From Fibrobacteria bacterium (GTDB lineage Bacteria; Fibrobacterota; Fibrobacteria; UBA11236): a stretch of DNA of 64,000 nucleotides. The translations under genes and the position numbers were made by a program. How positions within the stretch are numbered: the stretch's first letter is position 1; every line of letters starts with the position of its first letter. A model generated the notes under the pieces. The model saw nothing but the letters and a program-made list of their open reading frames with translations, made no database searches and had not been told where the DNA came from. The stretch is taken from positions 5,698-69,697 of the forward strand of contig JAJNBB010000001.1 of NCBI GenBank assembly GCA_021155885.1, given 5' to 3'. Shown here piece after piece: positions 1 to 9,289 of this stretch.

Positions 1-171
1 TTGCACGGAAGGCTCGCTCCGACTTTAAATAGGGATAGTCTATAATACATATTAATCTAGTCAGTTTAAAGACTTGAGAGACGTTGAAAAGGCCATTTAA
101 AGCAATTTTAAGCAGTTTTCGAGTATTTCCAGAGGGGATTGCCCTACTAATCCAGTAGGATAAAAGGCGCT

Positions 172-216
172 CGGTAGTCGCTACTCAGAGGCGCGTTGAA
201 ACCGAGTACTGAGTAC
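172..216. repeat. heptamer inverted-repeat element E1 (GTACTCG family, short)
   Basis: Left arm ggtagtc gctactc ag (172-188), 13-nt spacer, right arm cgagtac tgagtac (202-216). About 11/15 complementary. Both arms closely match the arms of E8 at 37.5 kb. Confidence 0.6.
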
Positions 217-243
217 AAAAGCGGGATCCGCATCGGATCCCGC
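217..243 (-). terminator. rho-independent terminator of the phosphoesterase gene
   Basis: Perfect hairpin gcgggatccg-cat-cggatcccgc (221-243). On the minus strand it is followed by TTTT (217-220), just downstream of the stop at 250. Confidence 0.7.
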
Positions 244-249
244 GTCTCT

Positions 250-1464
250 TCAGCGGAGGGCGATTTTCCCGAGGGAGGCCTTCTTCCCCTCTTCGCGCAG
301 GAAGTAAATGCCCGCCGGGACGCGGCGGCCCTTGGAGTCCAGACGGTTCCACTCGACGCGCCCTCCCGCGGCGGAGAGCACGCGCAGGCGCTGCCCGCGC
401 ACGTCGGTGATCTCGAGGCGCTTCACGCGGGCGGGGATTTGCTGGTTCCACCCGGTCCCGGGAATCGAGAAAAGGATGTGGTGGTGGGCCGCCGAGGCCT
501 GGCGGGGCCTGGCCGCCGCGGGTGTCCCCATGCTGATCGTTTTGCTCAGGATCAAGGTGGAGCTCCAGGTTTGCGAGGTCGCGGTGGCCGAGGCGCTGCG
601 GGAGATCGCCTGCAAGTGCCCGTCGGTGACCTTGACGACCACCATGTCGCCGAGAATGGCGGCCCCGTTGTCGATCACGTCGATGGTGCTCTTCCACTTG
701 TACATCTTCTTGGAGTGGGAGTGGCCGTGCAGGATGGCCACGACGTTGTAGTTCTGGACCACGTTCCAGAGCGCGTCCTTCATGACGTTCGTCCAGTCGT
801 TGTTGGCGTTGCCGTTGGCGTCCATGGTGTAATGCTGGAAGAGGATGATGGGGCGGCCGCTGGTGCCCACGTTGGCGGCCAGGTCGGCCGTCAGGAATTC
901 GAGGGCCTTGAGGGGCCGGTAGCCGTTATAGCCCAGCTCGGTGCTGCCGGCGTAGATGTTGAGGTTGACGAAGTGCACGCCGTCCCAGTCCCAGGAGTAG
1001 TGGAAACCCGACGAGTCCAGGCTGGTGAAGTAGGACCGGCGGGGAACGTTGCGGGCGATCATGCGGCGCACCATGTACAGGGTGTCCTTGATGGTCCCGG
1101 TGGTGTAGAAGTCATGGTTGCCGAAGGCGTCGAAGACGGGGTACCTGAGCTTCTTCTCGCCCGCGATTCCATAGTCCGACGTGTACTCGTTCCATAAAAC
1201 GGTATCCTGGCGCTCGATCAGGTCTCCGGCGATCAGCACGCCCCGGGGCGTGGCCACGGTATCGCCGATGGCGGCCGGGTAGGCCGTGCCGGGCAGCGCG
1301 TTCATGTAGCGCACCATGCGGTTGCGGTTGGTGTCGTTGGCCGCCGAACGGTTTCCGTAGTGAACGTCGGAGGTCAGGAAAAAGGTGAAGTTGGTGGCGG
1401 CCGAGGCGGGGAGGACGCCCAACAGGGCGACGAAGAGCGATTTGTGCAGCAGGGAAGAAAGCAT
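250..1464 (-). CDS. secreted calcineurin-like metallophosphoesterase with C-terminal FlgD-Ig/T9SS-like domain
   Basis: ORF 250..1545(-). Start moved to the ATG at 1464, giving signal peptide MLSSLLHKSLFVALLGVLPASA. Metallophosphoesterase motifs DVHYG, GDLIE, GNHDFY and LHGHSH. C-terminal tail ends ...VPAGIYFLREEGKKASLGKIALR. Confidence 0.8.
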   Translation of the reverse strand: MLSSLLHKSLFVALLGVLPASAATNFTFFLTSDVHYGNRSAANDTNRNRMVRYMNALPGTAYPAAIGDTVATPRGVLIAGDLIERQDTVLWNEYTSDYGIAGEKKLRYPVFDAFGNHDFYTTGTIKDTLYMVRRMIARNVPRRSYFTSLDSSGFHYSWDWDGVHFVNLNIYAGSTELGYNGYRPLKALEFLTADLAANVGTSGRPIILFQHYTMDANGNANNDWTNVMKDALWNVVQNYNVVAILHGHSHSKKMYKWKSTIDVIDNGAAILGDMVVVKVTDGHLQAISRSASATATSQTWSSTLILSKTISMGTPAAARPRQASAAHHHILFSIPGTGWNQQIPARVKRLEITDVRGQRLRVLSAAGGRVEWNRLDSKGRRVPAGIYFLREEGKKASLGKIALR

Positions 1465-1590
1465 AATGGATCCGGGGGTTCGGTGGTTTTTCCTGGCTCT
1501 AATGATTTTAACGTAAACCCGTTTTCCCGGGTTGTGATGTTTCAAAAAGATTACCGCCGTGGTGATTTTCCGCCAATTTACACCTATACT

Positions 1591-1935
1591 ATGGGCATGA
1601 AAGCTTTACTCCTGATCCCCTTCGCCGCGCTCCTGGCGGCCTGCGCCGGTTCGATGCAAGGTCTCACGCCCGCCTGCCGGACGATGGAGGCGCAACTGCA
1701 GGAGAAAAAGGAGCTGGACGCCAAGGTCAAGGCCACGATGAACGAGGTCCGGGACTACCGTAAGCAGGGAGACACGGCCTCGGCCGCCTCCGCCGAGCAC
1801 CGCCTCGAAGGCATGCTCCAGAGCCAGCGCCTGCTCAAGGAATCGCTGGACCAAAGCAGCCGCGATTGCTCGCCTGCCATGCAGGATCCCATGCCGGTGC
1901 GCGACCCCGCGACGCGGGATAATTTGCCGAAGTGA
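1591..1935 (+). CDS. small lipoprotein (hypothetical)
   Basis: In-frame ATG at 1591 within ORF 1360..1935. N-terminus MGMKALLLIPFAALLAACAGS has a lipobox (LAAC). The remainder is coiled-coil-like and charged. Confidence 0.55.
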   Translation: MGMKALLLIPFAALLAACAGSMQGLTPACRTMEAQLQEKKELDAKVKATMNEVRDYRKQGDTASAASAEHRLEGMLQSQRLLKESLDQSSRDCSPAMQDPMPVRDPATRDNLPK

Positions 1936-2034
1936 GGTAAGAGGTAGGAGGTAATAGGCGACAGGGTACAGGCTTTCGGCCCCGTCTTACCTCTTACCTC
2001 CTACCTCCTACCTCCTACCTCCTACCTGTTACCT
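1936..2034. repeat. heptamer inverted-repeat element E2 (GGTAGGA family)
   Basis: Left arm ggtaaga ggtagga ggtaata gg (1936-1958) starts immediately after the TGA at 1933-1935. Right arm is 7 tandem units NNTACCT (1986-2034) and ends 7 nt before the ATG at 2042. Confidence 0.85.
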
Positions 2035-2041
2035 TTCATAC

Positions 2042-2905
2042 ATGTCCACCCGCGAAGAACTGTACCGGTTTCATCCGCGCGAATACGCCGGGTTCACCTA
2101 TGTGTACCCGGTGTTGTCGCGGCGCTCGGGGGGAGTTTCCTTCGGCGTCAACGTGAATCTCGACAAGGCCTGCAATTTCGACTGTCCCTACTGCCAGGTG
2201 GACCGCACCGTTCCGGGCCGCCCGCAGGCCCTGGACCTGGCGCGCATCCGCGCCGAGGCCGAGGCCCTGCTGGATTCGGTGGACGCGCAGGGCGTGTGCC
2301 GGCTTCCCTTGTTCGACGGGCTTCCCGATGCCCAGAAAAAATTGCGCGACATCGCCCTTTCCGGCGACGGCGAGTCGACCATGGTCCTGGAGTTCGCCGC
2401 GGTGTGCCGGATGCTGGCGGAGGTTCAGGCCGGGCGCCCCGACCTTGATTTCAAGTTGGTGTTGATCACCAATGCGACCTTGCTCGACCGCTCCGGGGTG
2501 GTCGCCGGCGTGGATGCGCTCCTTTCCAAAAACGGCGAGGTGTGGGCCAAGCTGGACGCGGGCACCGAGGCCTGGTACCAGCGGGTGAACGTCAGCCGGG
2601 TCGCACTGGACCGCATTGAAGCGAACCTCATCGCCCTGGGCAAGGATCACCCGTTCAAGATTCAGTCCTTCTTCTGCACGGCGGGCGGACAAGGCTGGGA
2701 CGAGGCCGAAATCACCGCGTGGCTTGCCCGCCTCGGTCGCGTGCGCGACTCCGGCGCGCGCATCCTCGAGGTCCAGTTGTACACCCTCGCGCGCCGGCCC
2801 GCCGAATCCTTCATCCATCCCGTGACGCCGGAATTCCTCAGCAACATTCGGGACCGCGTCGAGGCCTTGGGTCTCCCGGCGAAGGTGTACGGGGTCGAGG
2901 AATAA
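2042..2905 (+). CDS. radical SAM domain protein
   Basis: CxxxCxxC motif CNFDCPYC near the N-terminus. GDGES and downstream TIM-barrel-like pattern. High GC3 coding signal. Confidence 0.8.
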   Translation: MSTREELYRFHPREYAGFTYVYPVLSRRSGGVSFGVNVNLDKACNFDCPYCQVDRTVPGRPQALDLARIRAEAEALLDSVDAQGVCRLPLFDGLPDAQKKLRDIALSGDGESTMVLEFAAVCRMLAEVQAGRPDLDFKLVLITNATLLDRSGVVAGVDALLSKNGEVWAKLDAGTEAWYQRVNVSRVALDRIEANLIALGKDHPFKIQSFFCTAGGQGWDEAEITAWLARLGRVRDSGARILEVQLYTLARRPAESFIHPVTPEFLSNIRDRVEALGLPAKVYGVEE

Positions 2906-2907
2906 AG

Positions 2908-3636
2908 ATGAAAACGGAAAGCGGAAAGAGGCCCACGCTCTTTGACGAAACCTGGTTCTATGCCCCGCTCGCGGGCGATGCGGCTCCCGGGTCTTCCGCG
3001 CGCCTGCCTGAAGAGGAGGCGCATCATGCCGCGCGCGTGCTGCGCTTGAGGGCGGGAGCCGAAATCGCGGTAACGAACGGCGAGGGCGCGGTGTACCGCG
3101 CGGTCCTGCGGGACGACCTGGGTAACATAGAGGTTACCGAAGCCCTTGCGATCGAGCCCGGGCCGGGGCTGGGCGTGGGTCTGCCGATCCTGAAGGGAAG
3201 GGACACGGAACAACCCGCGGAGGCGATTTGTGAATTCGCGGTGCGGGATTTGTTCCTGTTGAATCTGGATCATTCGGAAACGTTCAAGGGGCAGGATTTC
3301 TCGAAGCTGGTCGAGCGCTTGCGGACGAAAAGCCTGACGGCCTTGAAGCAGGCGAAGAAAGCCTGGCTCACGCGCATCCACGCGCCGCAAGGCCTGGAGG
3401 CCTGGCGCACGGCGCACCGGGGGATCCCGCTGGCGGTGGCCCATCCCGGCGAGGATACCGTACCTTCGCCGTTACCCCCGTCGCTGCACGTGCTCACGGG
3501 CCCCGAAGGCGGATTTTCCGACGCCGAATTGAGTTTTCTCTTCGAGGAAGAGAAGGCTTACCGCCTCAGCCTGGGGCCGACGCGGCTGCGCGCGATTCAT
3601 GCGCCGGTCGCGGCGTTGGGAAAATTAACGGGTTAA
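2908..3636 (+). CDS. rsmE: 16S rRNA (uracil1498-N3)-methyltransferase RsmE
   Basis: ATG at 2908 preceded by gagga. C-terminal motif GPEGGFSDAEL...LSLGPTRLR is typical of RsmE (SPOUT family). About 242 aa. Confidence 0.8.
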   Translation: MKTESGKRPTLFDETWFYAPLAGDAAPGSSARLPEEEAHHAARVLRLRAGAEIAVTNGEGAVYRAVLRDDLGNIEVTEALAIEPGPGLGVGLPILKGRDTEQPAEAICEFAVRDLFLLNLDHSETFKGQDFSKLVERLRTKSLTALKQAKKAWLTRIHAPQGLEAWRTAHRGIPLAVAHPGEDTVPSPLPPSLHVLTGPEGGFSDAELSFLFEEEKAYRLSLGPTRLRAIHAPVAALGKLTG

Positions 3637-3749
3637 GGCCCCTCGTTGACCTGGGTTAACGCCGGACGGGCCTACGGGCGTTCTATTTGACGGAACACCT
3701 CCGCAAGGATCCATGCCCGGGTTATTTTGATCGCCAAACAGGAGCCCCC

Positions 3750-4709
3750 ATGCGTCACGAATTTTTCAGGATCTTCCTGGTCTGCGCCCTCGGCACGGCG
3801 GTCGCCGCCGAGAAGGTCTACATGCCCTTCCTGGAACTCATCAACGTCCATCCCGACTACCAGTACTCCACCGCCCGCCTCTTCAAGTCCTACGTCGACG
3901 AGCAGGGCAGATACGAACTGGTGATCCCGGCCCGGGCCGACACGGGCTTCCAGCAGACGCCCGCCGAGATTCGCGCCGAGGCGCTCAGGCGCGACTGCCC
4001 CTATTACCTGATCGGAGACCTGAACCGCATCAGCGAGAGCGTGATCGTGACGGTGTCGCTGTATTCCACCGCGGATGGCGGGCGCCTCTGGACCGACAAG
4101 CTCAAAGCGGCCGGCCCCAATGACCTGGACCCGATTTTCCAGAAGCTGGCGCGAAGCCTGGGCACGCCGCGCCGGGCCGCGGACGACGGCGACATCTATT
4201 CGGTCACGAGCTACGAGGAGCGGAACCTGCGGCAAACGCAGGTGCGCAACTCCTTCGGCCTGGGGATCGGCGGCGCGCTTTTCACGCCGGGCATTCTCGC
4301 CGGAAAGGACTGGAACGAACCGTTCGTGGGCGGCCTGGGGCTCGTCTGGGCCTACGACGCCCGCACGGTGCTGTTCGAGGTGGACGCCCAGACGTATACC
4401 TTCGGCCAGAATAGCGGCCTCGGCGCGCTTTCCATTTCCGCCTTCAAGCCCGTTTACGCCGACAAGGTCACGCCCTTTTTCGGAGGCGGCCTCGGGCTGG
4501 GATTCGCCGAGACCGAGTACCTGGGGAGATCCACGAGCGGGAAGGGCCTGATGCTGCATGCGGGCGGGGGCGTGATTCTAAACCGCACTTCCACCGTCCA
4601 GCTCCGCCTTCAGGGCCGTTATGTCGTGGGCTTGTTCCGCATGGAAGAGCCTCGCGGCGATATTCCCCGCGCCTTTCTCGTGCGCATGGAACTGGCCTTC
4701 GGAAGGTAG
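3750..4709 (+). CDS. secreted protein with glycine-rich beta-barrel-like C-terminal half (hypothetical)
   Basis: ATG at 3750 preceded by aggag. Signal peptide MRHEFFRIFLVCALGTAVAA. C-terminal half has alternating Gly/aromatic beta-strand-like segments. Confidence 0.6.
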   Translation: MRHEFFRIFLVCALGTAVAAEKVYMPFLELINVHPDYQYSTARLFKSYVDEQGRYELVIPARADTGFQQTPAEIRAEALRRDCPYYLIGDLNRISESVIVTVSLYSTADGGRLWTDKLKAAGPNDLDPIFQKLARSLGTPRRAADDGDIYSVTSYEERNLRQTQVRNSFGLGIGGALFTPGILAGKDWNEPFVGGLGLVWAYDARTVLFEVDAQTYTFGQNSGLGALSISAFKPVYADKVTPFFGGGLGLGFAETEYLGRSTSGKGLMLHAGGGVILNRTSTVQLRLQGRYVVGLFRMEEPRGDIPRAFLVRMELAFGR

Positions 4710-4723
4710 GCGGACGGCGAGCC

Positions 4724-5125
4724 ATGAAGATTTCCTTTCTTCTCGCCCCGTTGTTCGCGGCCTTGCTCGCGACGGGCTGCGCGTCCACGCGCGTCACGAG
4801 CCAGGATCCCGAGGCCGAGATTTTTCTCGACGACAAGCCCTTGGGCGTGGGACAGGCCACCGTCCGCAGGGTAGGGCCCCCGCGCCAGGTGACGCTCGAG
4901 GCCCGACGCGGAGGAAAGGTCGTCGGCCAGAGCGAGATGCGGCGATCGTTCACCGGCATGACGTTGGTCTGGGGACTCTTCAGCTATTACACAGGCCTGT
5001 ATTGGGGATGGTACTTTCCCGAATCGGTGATCATCCCGGTTCCGCAGTCCGCCGCGGGCGCGGCGGAGTTCGTCAGCCCTTGGGCCGATCCCCGCAACAG
5101 CGTGTGGATGAAGCCGCTTCAATGA
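4724..5125 (+). CDS. PEGA-like lipoprotein (hypothetical)
   Basis: Lipoprotein signal MKISFLLAPLFAALLATGC. Segment AEIFLDDKPLGVGQATV resembles a PEGA domain. C-terminal hydrophobic segment. Confidence 0.6.
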   Translation: MKISFLLAPLFAALLATGCASTRVTSQDPEAEIFLDDKPLGVGQATVRRVGPPRQVTLEARRGGKVVGQSEMRRSFTGMTLVWGLFSYYTGLYWGWYFPESVIIPVPQSAAGAAEFVSPWADPRNSVWMKPLQ

Positions 5126-5161
5126 ACGGTCCAACGACGAAGCGCGGCCTTTGAAGGGGCG

Positions 5162-5740
5162 TCATTCCCCCAAACACCCTTCCGGACTTTCGTCCTCGGC
5201 CCTCAGGGTTTCGAAGCCTTCCGCCTGTTCGGTCGGCACGAAGTACAGGGCCTCCTGCGCCGAGATCTTCCAGGTGAGCAGGTAGTCCCGCAGGGGGGCT
5301 TCGGGGAAGCGCGCGAGGACTTCGGCGCCGACCGTCTCGATGCGCAAGTCCTCGCCCGGGTCGACGTCGAACCGGTAGACGCCGGGCTCGGGCGTGCCGG
5401 CGAGGCCTTCGCTGGCGAAACCCAGGATGCGCGCTCCCGTCAGGGAGTCGCAGTAGTCGCAGGCGATGCCGGAGCCGGCGTCCGAGACCTCCAGGCGCAG
5501 GGAGCCGGCGGGCAAGCCGCAGGGGACGTAAACGACCCAGCCCTGCCCTTCGATGAAGGAAATGCGGGTCCATTCGGCGGGGAGCGTCCGCAGGGCGGCC
5601 ACGGCCTCCACGGTCGGCACGCCGTCCTTGCCGGGAGTTTGCGCCGCCTTCATTTTTCCGTACCACAACAGTCCCAGGCACAGCAGCAGCGCCGACCCAT
5701 AGAGCAGGGGAACGATCTTTTTTCCGGAAACGCCCGCCAT
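5162..5740 (-). CDS. membrane-anchored hypothetical protein
   Basis: ORF 5162..5812(-). Likely start is the ATG at 5740 (MAGVSGKKIVPLLYGSALLLCLGLLWY, one TM segment). The start is uncertain. Confidence 0.5.
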   Translation of the reverse strand: MAGVSGKKIVPLLYGSALLLCLGLLWYGKMKAAQTPGKDGVPTVEAVAALRTLPAEWTRISFIEGQGWVVYVPCGLPAGSLRLEVSDAGSGIACDYCDSLTGARILGFASEGLAGTPEPGVYRFDVDPGEDLRIETVGAEVLARFPEAPLRDYLLTWKISAQEALYFVPTEQAEGFETLRAEDESPEGCLGE

Positions 5741-5883
5741 AACGCCTTTCCACGCAAGAATTACAGGGGTGCCGGGCAGGACACGTGCTATATTCTTGGG
5801 CCTCAAAAACAATATACGATCCGCCGCGCTTCCCCAACTTCGTCTGCCGGACCCTGAAGCGCACGAAACTCCAAGGAGAAACC

Positions 5884-7566
5884 GTGAGCTCGCTGACCCA
5901 AACCCCGGCCTGGAAGAACCTCGAAACCCACTATTCCGAAGCGTCGCGCTGGAAAATGCGCGACCTCTTCGCCGCCGACCCCGGCCGCGCCGGGCGCTAC
6001 GCCGTGGACGCCTGCGGCCTGCGCCTCGACTATAGCAAGAACCGCATCCAGGACGCCACCCTGAAGCATTTGCTGGCCCTGGCCGCCGAGGCGAAGGTGG
6101 AGGCGGCCCGCGCGGCCATGTTCGCCGGCGAGAAGATCAACTTCACCGAGAAGCGCGCCGTGCTGCACACGGCCCTGCGCCATCAGGGCTCCGAGCCCGT
6201 GATCGCCGACGGCGAGGACGTGATGCCCAAGGTGCGCGCGGTGCTCGACAAGATGCGCGCGTTCTGCGGGCGCGTGCGCTCGGGCGAATGGAAGGGTCAC
6301 ACCGGCAAGCCGATCCGCTACGTCGTGAACATCGGGATCGGCGGTTCGGACCTCGGCCCGGTGATGGTGACCGAGGCCCTCAAGCACTATGCCTATGATG
6401 CCTCCGATAAAGGGAGCGCGGGCGCCGCGCGCATCGAAGCGCACTTCGTTTCCAACGTCGACGGCACGCATCTTTCCGAAATCCTCCGGAAGGTCGAGCT
6501 GGATCAGACCCTGTTCCTGGTGGCCTCGAAGACCTTCACGACCCAGGAGACGATGACGAACGCCCTCAGCGCGCGCGCCGCCCTGCTGGCCGCCGTGGGC
6601 GGGGACAAGGCCGCCGTGGCGAAGCACTTCGCCGCGCTCTCGACCAACATCCCCGCGGTCGAGGCCTTCGGCATCGACGCGGCGAACGCCTTCGCCTTCT
6701 GGGACTGGGTCGGCGGCCGCTATTCCCTGTGGAGCGCCATCGGCCTGCCGATCGCGCTCACCGTGGGCTTTGAGAACTTCGAGGCCCTGCTTCGCGGCGC
6801 CTACGCCATGGACCGCCACTTCCGGGAAGCCCCCCTCGACAAAAACATGCCCGTTCTCCTCGCGCTTCTGGGCGTGTGGTATACCGACTTCTTCGGCGCG
6901 GAGTCGCACGGGGTGATGCCCTACGACCAGTACCTGCACCGCCTGCCCGCCTACCTGCAGCAGGCCGACATGGAGTCGAACGGGAAGTTCGTCACGCGCT
7001 CGGGCGAGCGCGTCGACTACAAGACCGGCCCGGTGATCTGGGGAGAACCCGGAACCAACGGCCAGCATTCGTTCTACCAGCTGATCCATCAGGGCACGCG
7101 CCTGATTCCCTGCGACTTCATCGCCCCGATGCAATCGCACAACTCCCTGGGCGATCACCACCGCATTCTGCTGGCCAATTGCTTCGCCCAAACCGAGGCG
7201 CTGATGGTCGGCAAGACGCTCGAGGAGGCCACCGCCGAACTGCGGGCGCAAGGCCTTTCCGACGGCGAGATCGCCGAGCTCGCGCCGCACAAGGTATTCG
7301 AGGGCAACCGTCCCACGAACACGATCGTGACGCCGAAGATCACCCCCGAAACTTTGGGCGCGCTGATCGCGCTATACGAGCACAAGATCTTCGTCCAGGG
7401 CGTGATCTGGCGGGTGAACAGCTATGACCAGTGGGGCGTGGAACTCGGCAAGCAGCTGGCGAAGAAAATCGAAGCCGAACTCGTCGCGGGAGAGAAGGGC
7501 AAGGCCCATCTTAAGCACGACGCCTCGACGAACGCGCTGATGGAGTATTACCTGAAGAACCGGTAA
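5884..7566 (+). CDS. pgi: glucose-6-phosphate isomerase
   Basis: Collinear along its full length with E. coli Pgi from memory ([79 protein letters not shown]). GTG start at 5884 preceded by aaggag. Confidence 0.95.
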   Translation: MSSLTQTPAWKNLETHYSEASRWKMRDLFAADPGRAGRYAVDACGLRLDYSKNRIQDATLKHLLALAAEAKVEAARAAMFAGEKINFTEKRAVLHTALRHQGSEPVIADGEDVMPKVRAVLDKMRAFCGRVRSGEWKGHTGKPIRYVVNIGIGGSDLGPVMVTEALKHYAYDASDKGSAGAARIEAHFVSNVDGTHLSEILRKVELDQTLFLVASKTFTTQETMTNALSARAALLAAVGGDKAAVAKHFAALSTNIPAVEAFGIDAANAFAFWDWVGGRYSLWSAIGLPIALTVGFENFEALLRGAYAMDRHFREAPLDKNMPVLLALLGVWYTDFFGAESHGVMPYDQYLHRLPAYLQQADMESNGKFVTRSGERVDYKTGPVIWGEPGTNGQHSFYQLIHQGTRLIPCDFIAPMQSHNSLGDHHRILLANCFAQTEALMVGKTLEEATAELRAQGLSDGEIAELAPHKVFEGNRPTNTIVTPKITPETLGALIALYEHKIFVQGVIWRVNSYDQWGVELGKQLAKKIEAELVAGEKGKAHLKHDASTNALMEYYLKNR

Positions 7567-7613
7567 GCTTCTTTTCGCTTGGACGCGAACCCGGTTCGGG
7601 ATAGATTGAGGGA

Positions 7614-9191
7614 GTGTTCCCGTTCTCCTTCCCTTCTTCCCCGACACGGGTGAGCCTGAGGCGGCTGGCGCCCTTGTTCCTGGGGCTGGGCGTGCTGCAG
7701 GCGGCCGCCCAAACCGTGGTGGCGCCCGACCCGGCGAAACCGCGCCAGTCCTTCGAGGGCTGGGGCGTGAGCCTTTGCTGGTGGGCGAACGGCGTGGGAC
7801 GCTGGGACCCGGCGAACCGCGGGCGCGTGGCGACCTTGATCGCCCATCCGGATTCGGGACTGGGCTATACGCTGTTCCGTTATAACATCGGCGGCGGGGA
7901 TGCGCCCGGCCACGACCATATGCGCGCCTACGGGGACATCCCGGGATACAAGGCGGCGGAAACCTCCCCCTACGATTGGACGGCCGACGCCTACCAGCGC
8001 CAGATGATCGCCGACCTCACCGCCCGGTCCGGCGGGAGCGCGCTCGCGTGGGAGGCCTTCGCCAATTCGCCTCCGCACTGGATGACGAAAAGCGGCTGCG
8101 CGGCGGGAAGCGCGGACGGGTCGGACAATCTCAAGCCGGAATATTTCGACGACTTCGCCGATTACCTCAGCGAAGTCGTCCGGAAGTTCCGCGACTCCTG
8201 GGGGATCACCTTCCGCACCGTCGCGCCTTTCAATGAGCCGAGCGCGCGCTGGTGGATGCAGGGCAAGAACCAGGAAGGATGCGGCTTTTTGAACGACCAG
8301 CCGCGCATGGTCAAGCTGCTGGGGGAGTCCCTCAAGGCCAAGGGCTTGTCCACCGCGGTCAGCGTGTCGGATGAGAATTCGCTGGCGGAGGCGATCACCA
8401 GCCTGGGCAAGTTCGATGACTCGGCGATGTCCTTCGTTTCCCAGATCAACGCGCACTCCTATAACGGAAAGGTCCGGCGCAAGGACTTCGCCGCCGCGGT
8501 CGCACCCCGCGGCAAGCGCGTCTGGCAGTCGGAGAGCGGGCCGCTCACCTGGCCCGGGGGAGACCAGATGGACGTCAGCCTGTGGATGGCGGACGTGATC
8601 ATTCGGGACCTCCTGGACATGCGCGTGAACGCCTGGCTTGACTGGCAGGTCATCGACGGCGGCGTATGGGGATCGATCCACGTGGACTACGAGGATCAGA
8701 GCGCGCTTCCGAACAAGCGCTACTTCATGCACGCCGGCTTCAGCCGCTTCATCCGCCCGGGTTCCACGATCATCGAAAGCGGGACGGACAGCGTGCTGGC
8801 CGCGCTGGTTCCCGAAACGCAATCCCTTGTGCTCGTGATCCTGAACGCGTCGAACGCCGACCGCGGTTATGCGCTGGATCTCTCGCGGTTCGCGCTTTCG
8901 GAACCGCAGGTGCGGCATTACCGCACGTCGGAAAGCGAAGACCTCGCGCGCCAGCCGGATAGGACCGCGGGCTCGGGCTTCATTTCCTTCAGCGCGAGGG
9001 CCCGGTCCATCAACACGATCGTGGCGCGCATCCCGCTTGCCACGGCCTTGCGGCAGGGGCGTTCGCTGCGTCCGGAAGCCTGGCGTCGCGGGGGAAGCCC
9101 GCTGCCGGGCGAGGGCGCTCCGGGATTTCGCATGGAGGATGGGGAAGGGGTCCGGGACGCGCGCGGCCGGGCGGCTCCCAAGAATCCCTAA
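7614..9191 (+). CDS. glycoside hydrolase family 30-like (glucosylceramidase/beta-1,6-glycanase type), secreted
   Basis: GTG start at 7614 after gagggag. Signal peptide. FEGWGVSLCWWAN, FRYNIGGGD and WQSESGP patterns are typical of GH30. Confidence 0.8.
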   Translation: MFPFSFPSSPTRVSLRRLAPLFLGLGVLQAAAQTVVAPDPAKPRQSFEGWGVSLCWWANGVGRWDPANRGRVATLIAHPDSGLGYTLFRYNIGGGDAPGHDHMRAYGDIPGYKAAETSPYDWTADAYQRQMIADLTARSGGSALAWEAFANSPPHWMTKSGCAAGSADGSDNLKPEYFDDFADYLSEVVRKFRDSWGITFRTVAPFNEPSARWWMQGKNQEGCGFLNDQPRMVKLLGESLKAKGLSTAVSVSDENSLAEAITSLGKFDDSAMSFVSQINAHSYNGKVRRKDFAAAVAPRGKRVWQSESGPLTWPGGDQMDVSLWMADVIIRDLLDMRVNAWLDWQVIDGGVWGSIHVDYEDQSALPNKRYFMHAGFSRFIRPGSTIIESGTDSVLAALVPETQSLVLVILNASNADRGYALDLSRFALSEPQVRHYRTSESEDLARQPDRTAGSGFISFSARARSINTIVARIPLATALRQGRSLRPEAWRRGGSPLPGEGAPGFRMEDGEGVRDARGRAAPKNP

Positions 9192-9289
9192 AAACTACCA
9201 GAGGTTGCAAGTTTTATACCAATAAAGCGGTTTTTTGGCGGTAGCTTAGGATCGAGCAAGCGCTCGCCCCTTCCATCCAGGAGAAAACC

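Noticed and set aside
8900-9191. Possible frameshift hiding a T9SS-like tail at the end of the GH30 gene, because its last ~50 aa are Arg/Gly-rich low complexity.
   Set aside because: Neither alternative frame in the ORF track (8869..9225 and 8666..8962) encodes anything resembling the shared C-terminal domain. There is no evidence for a frameshift.
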